From Chitinophagales bacterium (lineage in GTDB: Bacteria > Bacteroidota > Bacteroidia > Chitinophagales > LD1): DNA of 64,000 nucleotides. This document shows, piece after piece, positions 30,310 through 39,900 of this stretch. Below the pieces are notes generated by a model. The model saw only the letters and a program-made list of their open reading frames with translations. It had not been told where the DNA came from and did not search any database. The stretch covers positions 95 through 64,094 of the forward strand of contig DATGWP010000080.1 in the NCBI GenBank assembly GCA_035299425.1. Reading direction: 5' to 3'. Within the stretch, counting starts at the first letter, position 1. The number at the start of each line of letters is the position of its first letter. The position numbers and the translations under genes were made by a program.

Positions 30310-30347
30310 AAAACAAAAGCGCCCCGGTACCGGGGCGCTTTTGTTTT
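30310..30347 (-). terminator. Terminator after the 30365..31708 gene
   Basis: A perfect 38-nt palindrome, AAAACAAAAGCGCCCCGGT/ACCGGGGCGCTTTTGTTTT, with U-rich arms. Confidence 0.8.
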
Positions 30348-30364
30348 GAAAAACATCTATACTA

Positions 30365-31708
30365 TTAAAGAATAACGTCTCTAACCTTTATGTCTTGCTT
30401 TTGCTTTTTGATAGTAAAGGTTTCTTTATCAAGGATGTTGCGCACTGCACCATATCTTAAGAAACGCTGGCGCACATATTTTTTTAGTGTTGGGTCGGTT
30501 AGCTTGGCGTAGTTAACCGAAAGAGAGTTAACATTGGTAATAACCTGGTCGCGGATAGATTTGTAGTAGTCTTCCTGTGTTTTCTGGTCGGCAGAAGATG
30601 GTGTGCTTTTGCCGGTTAAGCTGTCTACAATCATACTTACGTTAGGTGCGTTCTTCATCAGGGCCTCTAAAGTTTCGGCAAGGTCCTGAAGCGGCGTAAG
30701 CACTTTCTGGTTATCGGTAATCAGCTTTACAGTAGCAGCATCGTTAATCTGGTTGAACAGGCCTTTGGCTTCTTCCAGGCGGAAGTTGGTAAGCGCATCG
30801 TAAGCGCGGGCTTTATCGCCCATAGAAACGTTGCCGGCCTTATCATACAGCTTTGAAGCCAAAACGTAGCTGCCTTTATTCATTACAGAGGCTGCTAGTT
30901 TTTCGGTAGCATCTTCGTTTTTCTTTTCGGTGTATACATCGCCCAAACGCATCAGCAGGTTATCGGCATCTTCGCTGCGGTTTTCGCTATACAGGTAATC
31001 GGCATATTTGGTGATACCTTCTTCAACCCCACCGCTCAGGTAAGCATCAATAGCTTTCTGGTATTCGTTGCGGCGGTAGTAAATATCACCGGCCTTTTTT
31101 GCACCTTCGGTAGTTTTTAACTTCAGGTAAGTTTCAGCCGCTTTTACTTCTTCATCTCCACCTTTGCCTTCGTACTCTTTGGCTATTTGCTCCACCTTCA
31201 CTTCGGCACCGCCTATTATATAATACTCCAGGGCTTTGTTGTAAGCCGCAGGCCCTCTTTCATAATAGCGGTCGCCAATTACACGGGCCCCTTCTTTAGC
31301 TGCCTCTGCCTTGGTGTAAAAATCCATAGCCTTGCGCAGGTGCTTAGGCTCGTTCTTTTCTTCACCGCTAAATGCTTCTTCTACATAAGCCTCGGCCAGT
31401 TTTTTCATGCCTTCTTTTTTCTCGGGCTTATCGCAGCGGCTGTAGTTACTTTGTGCGTTGGTGTAATCTTTTTTCTCTAAAAATGCATCGCCTATCAGGG
31501 CATACATTTCTCGTTTCATACCGCCTTTCTGAAACGATTCGGTAGCTTTTTGCACCATCTCGTTACGCTTGGCGGCATCCTTTTGCTCCATGGCTTTGGT
31601 GAGCGTTTCTTTGCCTTTATCAATATCTTTATTCTGTGCATTTAGCTGCACGCTACAGCCCAGCATCAGACCTACGCCCAGGGCAACGCTTAACAATTTC
31701 TTACTCAT
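30365..31708 (-). CDS. Secreted or lipoprotein TPR-like repeat protein (hypothetical)
   Basis: 447 aa with the signal MSKKLLSVALGVGLMLGCSVQLNAQ. Helical units of the form ...Y..A..Y/..G..Y recur, and the sequence is rich in K, E and A. Confidence 0.55.
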   Translation of the reverse strand: MSKKLLSVALGVGLMLGCSVQLNAQNKDIDKGKETLTKAMEQKDAAKRNEMVQKATESFQKGGMKREMYALIGDAFLEKKDYTNAQSNYSRCDKPEKKEGMKKLAEAYVEEAFSGEEKNEPKHLRKAMDFYTKAEAAKEGARVIGDRYYERGPAAYNKALEYYIIGGAEVKVEQIAKEYEGKGGDEEVKAAETYLKLKTTEGAKKAGDIYYRRNEYQKAIDAYLSGGVEEGITKYADYLYSENRSEDADNLLMRLGDVYTEKKNEDATEKLAASVMNKGSYVLASKLYDKAGNVSMGDKARAYDALTNFRLEEAKGLFNQINDAATVKLITDNQKVLTPLQDLAETLEALMKNAPNVSMIVDSLTGKSTPSSADQKTQEDYYKSIRDQVITNVNSLSVNYAKLTDPTLKKYVRQRFLRYGAVRNILDKETFTIKKQKQDIKVRDVIL

Positions 31709-31807
31709 ATCTTTTGATTTAGTGTGTGTTTACGGTTTAAATATAAAACAACTTCGGTACTGCCAAATTTTATTTTTGGTTAATAATATGGCAATAAATG
31801 CTAAAAC

Positions 31808-32581
31808 TCAACCCATTAGCTTAGGCCGGATAGCTTCAGGCTGTTTTTCAGCCAGTAAATGCCAGTAGCGTTTAGGCACATGCTGCATGTGCAGTTTCAT
31901 GTTTTTGCGGCTGGCAATATTTACACTTTTAAAATACTGCTGCCACAGGGTTTGATAAAGATCTTCCTTCTCGTCCATACACAAGGCGGTGCCAGTCGTC
32001 TCAAAATTTAGCGTAACAGTATCTACCCTGTGTAAATCGTAGTATAGACCATAGTTGCGCCGATGGTCGTAAATAAGCCAGCGCTGGTCGGCGTAGCGGT
32101 TTTCGAAATGTGTTTTGATAAGCGGCAGCACATTAAAATCGGGCTCGATGTGCGCATAAAAAATATTGTCTTTGGTGAGCTTGAACCTTATAAAGGCTTT
32201 CATTCGGTGGCGCTCGCGGCTTACCATCCGCTCTACCCTTTGCGCACGCAGCACAGCAAAATTGGAGTAATCGGTTTCTATATTTTTAGCAGATGCAAAG
32301 GCATATTGAATATAGGCCAGCATATTATCCTCCTCCTGTAAGGTATCGGCCAGGTAACTGCTATAAATAGCGTGCAGCCCGGCAGCGCTTAACTTTTTAG
32401 ATAAGCCGGTCCAGATGCGGCGGGCTTTTGCTTCATCGGTATATATATTTATTACCTCGCCAAACAGTACCGGCGGGCCGTGTTCGCGATATATTTTTGC
32501 CGTGCCTAATTTGTATTCGTACACATAAAAAACAGCCGAAAGAAAACCCTGAAAAGAGCCATCGTATATAAGTGTATGCAT
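31808..32581 (-). CDS. DUF4130 / TIGR03915-type putative DNA-metabolism protein (partner of the radical SAM gene)
   Basis: 257 aa starting MHTLIYDGSFQGFLSAVFYVYEY, which is typical of the family. Its ATG shares one base with the upstream stop codon (TAATG). Confidence 0.75.
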   Translation of the reverse strand: MHTLIYDGSFQGFLSAVFYVYEYKLGTAKIYREHGPPVLFGEVINIYTDEAKARRIWTGLSKKLSAAGLHAIYSSYLADTLQEEDNMLAYIQYAFASAKNIETDYSNFAVLRAQRVERMVSRERHRMKAFIRFKLTKDNIFYAHIEPDFNVLPLIKTHFENRYADQRWLIYDHRRNYGLYYDLHRVDTVTLNFETTGTALCMDEKEDLYQTLWQQYFKSVNIASRKNMKLHMQHVPKRYWHLLAEKQPEAIRPKLMG

Positions 32582-33831
32582 TAGAACATGCTAATTTGCT
32601 GTGGGGCGGTTTTTAAATATTTGCTGTGGCTTCCGGCCAGTATCATTTGTTTCAATTTCAGTTCGGTAAAATCTTTAACGGTATCGGCCACGCCGCTACA
32701 GGTTATAAAATACTTAGCGCGGTTAACAGCCACACCCATTTTTTTGAGGTGCTCCCAGGTTAGTTTGGCAAACTTTCGCCCGGCTAAAATTTTATGAACT
32801 GAAGTAACACCTACACCCGGTATGCGCAGCAGCAAAAGTTTATCTGCCTTATTAATATCGATAGGAAAAAAGTGCATGTTGCGCAGGGCCCATGCCAGTT
32901 TGGGGTCAACCTCAGTATCGAAAAACGGCATGTGCTCGGGCAGGAGTTCATCGGTAGTAAAACCATAAAAGCGCATCAGCCAATCACTTTGGTATAAGCG
33001 GTTTTCGCGCAGCAGCGGCACCTGTGTGCCTATAGCTGGCAAACGGCTATCGGTGCTTATGGGCACATAACCCGAATAGTAAACGCGCTTTAAACTAAAC
33101 TTGCGATACAAGGCTGTAGCAGTGCGCATAATATCGCGGTCGCTTTCGCCGGTGGCGCCTACTATCATTTGTGTGCTTTGCCCGGCTGGGGTAAATTTTG
33201 GCACCTTTTTAAAAACCTTTCGCTCTTCTTTATACTGCACAATTTCGGTGCTTATCTGTCGCATGGGGGTTATCATATCCTCGCGCTTTTTATCGGGTGC
33301 CATTAGCTTAAGGCCGGCATCAGTAGGCATCTCTATATTAATACTTAACCGGTCGGCATACAGACCGGCTTCATGCATCAACTCCGGGCTGGCACCCGGT
33401 ATAGATTTAAGATGGATATAGCCGTTGAAGTTTTTTTCGGTGCGCAGTTTTTTTGCCACCAGTACCAGTTTCTCCATACTGTAGTCGGCATTTTTTGCAA
33501 TGCCCGAACTAAGGAATAAGCCCTCGATATAGTTGCGGCGATAAAAATTGATGGTAAGGTCTACTACTTCATCTACACTAAAGCTGGTGCGGCGTATGTC
33601 GTTGCTTTTGCGGGTTACGCAATAGGCGCAATCGTAAATGCAGTGGTTAGTCATTAATATCTTTAGCAGCGATACACAGCGCCCGTCTTCGGTATAGCTA
33701 TGGCAAATACCCGAACCGGTATCGCCTAATCCTTTGTCTTTATTTTTGCGGTTGCTGCCGCTGCTGGAGCATGATACATCGTATTTGGCAGCATCGGCCA
33801 GTATAGCCAGTTTGGCCTGAATTTTATCCAT
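32581..33831 (-). CDS. Putative DNA modification/repair radical SAM protein (TIGR03916-type) with C-terminal HhH
   Basis: The ORF track starts at TTG 33945. I prefer the ATG near 33831 (MDKIQAKLAILADAAKYDVSC...), because 33892..33925 is the terminator of the upstream gene. The Fe-S motif is CIYDCAYC. The helix-hairpin-helix is LLLRIPGVGVTSVHKIL. Confidence 0.82.
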   Translation of the reverse strand: MDKIQAKLAILADAAKYDVSCSSSGSNRKNKDKGLGDTGSGICHSYTEDGRCVSLLKILMTNHCIYDCAYCVTRKSNDIRRTSFSVDEVVDLTINFYRRNYIEGLFLSSGIAKNADYSMEKLVLVAKKLRTEKNFNGYIHLKSIPGASPELMHEAGLYADRLSINIEMPTDAGLKLMAPDKKREDMITPMRQISTEIVQYKEERKVFKKVPKFTPAGQSTQMIVGATGESDRDIMRTATALYRKFSLKRVYYSGYVPISTDSRLPAIGTQVPLLRENRLYQSDWLMRFYGFTTDELLPEHMPFFDTEVDPKLAWALRNMHFFPIDINKADKLLLLRIPGVGVTSVHKILAGRKFAKLTWEHLKKMGVAVNRAKYFITCSGVADTVKDFTELKLKQMILAGSHSKYLKTAPQQISMF

Positions 33832-33891
33832 AATGCCAAAATTATTAGTATTTACTAAAATTATTGGCATTTGATTGTTAATTAACCAAAC

Positions 33892-33925
33892 AAAAAAATC
33901 CCCCTCTGCCATAGCAAAGGGGGAT
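33892..33925 (-). terminator. Rho-independent terminator of the 2164-aa gene
   Basis: The stem is ATCCCCCT/AGGGGGAT. On the minus strand it is followed by a T7 run (plus-strand A-run 33892..33898). Confidence 0.75.
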
Positions 33926-33972
33926 AAACAAAACAGAATGACCAACGACAGCCTGCCTTTGGCCGCTCATTC

Positions 33973-36900
33973 TTACTCTTTAATAAACGATTTTTTTACA
34001 ACTCCGTTTGCAGTGTGCAGGCTTATAACATAGCTGCCCTGGGCCAGCATGTTAACATCCAGGCGGGCCAGGTTGCCGGTTTCGGCCAGCACTTTAGCGC
34101 CCAGTACATTATGAACCTCTACAGCCTGCAACGTCACATCGCTCTTTATTATAAGCAGGTGTGTAGCCGGGTTAGGATACACTGCAATAGACGCTGAGGC
34201 CACATTGGCAATGCCCGAGATAATTACATTAACCTCTGCTGAAGTACCGGTGCAGCCATCGGCGCTGGTTACATCCACCTTGTAATCGCCCGTTTGCGTT
34301 GCCGTGTAAGTTTGTGCTGTAGCCAAAGAGATAGGGCCACCATCTAAATACCACTGGTAGCTGCTGCCGGTTACGCTGCTGGTAAGCACGGCATTGTTTT
34401 GCTGCACTACCGGTGCCGGTGTGGCATTTACAACCACCACAGCTGCATCCGAAGTATCGGTGCCGCAGGTACCGGTTACTTCTACTTTGTAGGTGCCGGC
34501 ATCGCTCACATTAGAAGAAGCAATGTTGAAGGATGCTGCTTCCGCACCGCTTACAAGCGTATCGTTCTTCCACCACTGGTAGTTCAGGCTGCCACCGGCA
34601 GCTGCTACATTAAGGTCAATTGCTTCGCCCGAGCAAACGGTCAGAGTGCTTGCCGGCTGGGTAGTAATGGCAGTAGCATCGACTATAGTAAGTGTTAGTG
34701 TAACTATGCTATCGCAGCTTTGGGCCGATGCAAGTGTATCGGCATAAACACCGGCTATGGTTAAAACATCGCCGTTGAAATCGTAGCTGCCACCCTGGCA
34801 AATGCTTTCGGCAAGTGTAGTGGTTATAGGCGCCAGCACCGTTAAGTGCAGGGTGATAATACTATCGCATCCATCTTGTGTTTGCACTGTTTCGGTATAG
34901 TTACCGCTTTGGGTAAGTGTTTGTGCAAAGAAGGTATAAGAACTGCCGTTGCAAATGGTTTCAGAAAAATCTCCTGTAAGCGCAGGGCTTACTGTAAGAT
35001 TAAGCGTGATAACGGAATCGCAGCCAACAGCGTTTACAAGCGTATCGTTATAAGCACCGCTTTGGGTAAGACTTTCGCCATTGAAGCTGTATGAATTGCC
35101 GGCGCATATTGTTTGACTAAACGCGCTGGCTGATGGTTGCAATATAGCTATAGTATGCGTGGCACTGGCCGAGCAGTTAGCACCTAATGATGCAGTAACT
35201 GTGTAAGTGGTAGTAGTGGCCGGCGATACAGTAATGGTTGAGTTGGTGCCTAAACCATTGCCCCAGGTGTAGGTGTTGCCACCGTTGGCAGTAAGCGATA
35301 CGCTGCCACCCGCACACACCGAGGTTGAACCGGTGATACTGGCAGTAGGTGTATTTTGCACACTTACTGTTTGCGATGCAGTAGCGGTACAGTTGTTAGC
35401 TGTAACGGTTACTGTGTATGTGGTTGCGCTAACCGGTGTTACCGTTATTGCAGCTGTAGTTTCGCTGTTGCTCCAGCTATAGGTACCGCCGCCACTGGCG
35501 GTAAGGGTAGCCGATAAGCCTGAACAAATGTTGGAAGGGCCATTGATAGCTGCCGTAGTAGAGTTAACCGTAATTGTAGCGCTGGCTGTAGCGCTACAGT
35601 TGTTAGCATCGGTTACGGTAGTAGTGTATGTAGTAGTAGTGGTGGGCGAAAGGTTCTGTATAGCATTGGCTGTTAAGCTACCGCTCCATACATAGCTGGC
35701 ACCGCCCGATGCAGTAAGCGTTTGCGAACCGCCCAGACAAATAGCTACCGACGAAGGCGAGATAGCCGCTACCGGTAAAGGATTAACTGTAATGGTACGT
35801 TGTGCTGTTGCACTACAGTTGTTGGCATCGGTTACAGTTACTGCATAAGCATTGGTAGTGCCCGGCGATACGGTAATAGCGGCTGTGGTGTTATTGGTGT
35901 TCCACAAGTAGCTGGTGCCGCCCGATGCAGTAAGTGTTGCGCTAGCACCGGCACAAAGCGTTACACTAGCCGGAGAAATAGCCGCCACCGGTAACTGGTT
36001 AACGGTAACAAGTTGCGAGGCTGTAGCCGAGCAGTTGTTTTGTGTAACGGTTACAGTATAGGTAGTAGCTGTAGCAGGCGATACTGTAACGGCTGCATTG
36101 CTACCTAACGAGTTGCTCCATGCGTATGAAGAGCCGCCAGTGGCAGTTAAGGTAGTAGAAGCCCCGGTGCAGATTGTTGCGTTACCTGATATTGCTGCTA
36201 CAGGATTGTTGTTTACTGTTACCAATACAGTATCGGATGTAACCGTGCCACAACTGCCACTAATTACCACACTGTAAGGCCCTGCATCGTTAGCCGTAGC
36301 CGATGCAATATTAAGCGTGGCAGTTTGGCTACCCAACACAGTTGAACCCCTACGCCATACGTAAGTAGTGTTGTTGCCACCGCTGCCCACTACCGATAAG
36401 GTAAGTGGTGCACCCACACACACAGCCTGCGCCAATGGCTGCTGCGATATGCTGGCAGATGTTACTACCGATAATACAGCAAGGGTAGAAGTATCGGCGC
36501 CACAGGTACCGGTAACTACTACCGAGTAGTCGTCGGCATCGTTAATAGTAAGCGATGGAATATTATATGTAGAGGCCGTAGCAAGGTTAATGTCACTTCC
36601 ATCTTTCTTCCATTGGTAAGTAAGACCAACACCCGCGGCCGCTACGTTAAACGTAACTGCTGAACCGGTGCAGGCAGTTTGCGATACCGGCTCGGTGGTA
36701 ATGTTGGTTATAGGGTTTACAGTAACTACTGATGATGCCGTTGCAGAGCAACTGTTAGCATCAGTTACGGTTACTGTGTAAGTGGTAGTAGCTACAGGCA
36801 ACACTAATTTGTTTGACCCTGTTCCTAACTGGTTGCTCCAGTTATAAGATGCACCACCGCTGGCGATTAAATTCTGCGATGCACCGCTGCAAATGGTAAC

Positions 36901-39900
36901 AGACGATGGGTTGATACCGGCAACCGGCAATTGGTTTACAGTAACCTGACGGGTAGCCGTTGTAGAGCAGTTGTTGCCATCGGTAACAGTTACAGTATAA
37001 GTGGTGGTGGTTGCAGGCGAAAAAGTGGCCGCTGCATTGCTGCCGCCGCTATTGCTCCAGGCATATGTAGTGCCACCGCTGGCGGTAAGTGTAGCCGATG
37101 AACCTAAACACACCGCTACAGATGCAGGTGCTATAGCAGCTGGTGGTAGGGCGTTTACAGTTACTACCCGGGTAGCCGTTGCGCTACATGTTCCGTTAGA
37201 TACAGTTACCGTGTAAGTAGTAGTACTAGTTGGGGAGAAAGTAGCTGCTGCATTGCTGCCGCCGCTGTTGCTCCAGGCGTAGTTAATACCTCCACTGGCG
37301 GTTAAAGTAGCCGATGCGCCGTTGCATATAGTAGCAGTTACAGGGCTGATAGATGCCGATGGTATAGAGTTAACAGTTACCAGGCGGCTGGCTGTAGCGC
37401 TGCAGCTGTTGCCATCGGTAACGGTAACTGTATAGGTAGTATTGGTAGTTGGCGAAAAAGTAGCCGCTGCATTGCTACCGCCGCTGTTGCTCCAGCTATA
37501 TGCTGTGCCGCCGCTGGCGGTGAGGGTAGCCGCATCGCCTGCGCATATAGTAACAGTGGCCGGGGCTATAGCAGCGGTTGGTAACTGGTTAACAGTTACA
37601 GTAGCTGTGGCTGTAGCCGAACAAGTGTTAGCACCGGTAACCGTAACCGTGTATGTAGTAGTTGTATTTGGAGAGAAAGTAGCCGCCGCATTGCTGCCGC
37701 CGCTATTGCTCCAGGCATAGGTGCCACCACCGCTGGCGGTGAGGGTAGCGCTTTGCCCTGTGCAAATAGCCACTGAAGCCGGTTGAATATTTGCCGATGG
37801 CAGTGCATTTACGTTTACCAATCGCGATGCCGTAGCCGAACAGTTATTGGCATTGGTAACAGTTACAGTATAAGTAGTAGCCGAGTTTGGCGAAAAAACT
37901 GCCTGTGCACTATTGCCACCCCCATTGCTCCATGCATAGGTGCCGCCACCGGTAGCTGTAAGTGTAGCCGTGCCACCTGCGCAGATAGTAACCGAAGCCG
38001 GTGTAATACCTGCTGTTGGGTTGCTGTTTACAGTAACCAGTCGCGATGCTGTGGCCGAACAGGTACCATCGCTTACGGTTACTGTGTAGGTGGTATTAGT
38101 GGTTGGCGAGAAGGTAGCCGTTGCATTGCTGCCACCGCTGTTGCTCCAGGCATAAGTTGTTCCACCACTGGCAGTAAGGGTAGCACTTTGGCCGTTGCAT
38201 ATTGTAACAGTAGCCGGAGAAATAGCTGCTGTAACAGCAGGCACTACTGTAACCGTTACGGTGTCTACATCAGCACATTGGCCGCTGTTGGTATTCATGG
38301 TTACCGTGTAGGTGGTAGTGCTGGCGGGCGATACGGTTTTTGTTGCGCCCAGGCCCAGGCCGTTGCTCCAGCTATAACTGGTAGGTGAAAACACACTGGC
38401 CGTAAGTGTTACCGAACTGCCCGCACAAATAGTGGGTGATGCAGGTGATACAGAACCATCGGCAAAACCGGTGATAGTAAGCGGGCGGGTTGCAAAATTA
38501 GAAGTGTCGCAAATATTGGCACGTGCTACACTAATACTGGTAGCACCTGTAGTGTATGGCATTTGAATTGTAATGATTATGCTGTCGGCGCCGCTAAGTA
38601 TAGTTGCACCGGCAGGTACATTCCATACATAGTAATTGCCGCCGCTGCCTCCACTGGCGCTAAACGAATAAATACCGCCCACACAAGGGGTGGAAATTCC
38701 ACCAAGAATGGATGTAGGTGCAGATGGGCCGGGGGTTAAGGTAACCAGTTTGGTAGCTGCTGTAGATATACCGCAAGGGGTATTAGCCCTTACGGAAATG
38801 GTTCCTGATGTAGTATTGGAAGTAACGGCTATAGTGTTGGTGGTAGAGGAGCCTGTCCAGCCCGATGGCAATGTCCAGGTGTAAGAGGTAGCGCCTGCTA
38901 CCGGTGCAGCAGTATACACAGCACCTGATAGAGAAAGGCAAGCTGTATCTAAACCGGTGATAGATGCCGGTGCCACCAAATTACAAGGCGAATGACGGGC
39001 AATATAAGCATCGTAGAGCGATGAAGAAGTAAGGGTTTGCACACCAGCCACCGAAGGGTCGAAATCGGCAGTGCCGGTAAAATAGCCACCGGTATATACA
39101 TTGGCGCTATCATCTAAGTCTATTACAAAAGCTTCATCGGTGGTAGAGCTGCCCATGGAGGTAACCCAGGTAAAGTTTCCTACTGAATCATATTTAGCAA
39201 TAAAAATATCGTTGGCGGTACTTGGCGAAGCGCCAATGTTAAAGAGAGCCGGAGAACCATCAAAGTCAACTGCAGCACCGGTAAAGCGGCCGGTTACATA
39301 TACATTGCTCGCATCATCGTGCGTTATTTGATATACCTGGGCCTGGTTGCTGGTGCCGGCGCCACTTATTCCCCTTGCCCAGGAACAAGTCCCGGCGGGG
39401 GTCCAGCTGCAAAAAAAGCCGGCAAGTGTACTTCCCTGAGCAGTGATCTGTATGCCACCAAAAACACCTACCCCCCAGTAAGCTCCACCCACAATAATAT
39501 TGCCCGATGGGGTTATATCTAAAGTAAAGCCATTATCATACTGGTTAGGTGTGGTAGTAGTGCCGCCCATAGCGCGCACCCATACATAATCTCCCGCATT
39601 GGTGTATTTAGCTAAAAATACATCTGTATTTACGCTCGAAGAAAGGTTAGCCGTACCTGCGCCGGCATTAAAATCGCAGGTGCCTAAAAACTGACCGGTG
39701 ATATATACATCATTGTTTGCATCTACTGCTATATCGCGGGCAACTACATCGGCCGTAGCACCACCCTGAAAAGCACGGGCATATAAGCACTTGCCGGCAT
39801 AGTCATATTTGGCAAAATACATATCGGCAGGTGCCGGAAAATTTACCTGCACAGCGGGTGAAAACGGATGTTCGAAGGTAATATTGGTGCTGCCAATAGT

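Noticed and set aside
33832-33945. N-terminal extension of the radical-SAM ORF from a TTG start (MVILFCLSPFAMAEGDFF...).
   Set aside because: The extension covers the hairpin-plus-T-run terminator of the upstream giant gene (33892..33925). The conserved family N-terminus begins at MDKIQAKL. My base-by-base reading near 33780..33840 disagreed by 1 nt with the ORF-track frame, so the internal start coordinate (33831) is derived from the track arithmetic and may be off by 1.
37783-38388. Long plus-strand ORFs inside the giant genes (37783..38388; also 37001..37216, 37442..37720, 35273..35482, 38690..38884 and 52318..52530).
   Set aside because: They are antisense to much longer ORFs with recognisable domains. 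They repeat with the same ~219-bp period as the coding tandem repeats. They translate to low-complexity A/V/L/P or C/R/S-rich sequence. I treat them as artefacts of repeat composition.
35140-38465. CRISPR array or diversity-generating retroelement as an explanation for the tandem repeats.
   Set aside because: The repeats are contiguous, in frame and coding, with no unique spacers. No cas genes, reverse transcriptase, template repeat or invertase occur anywhere in the window.
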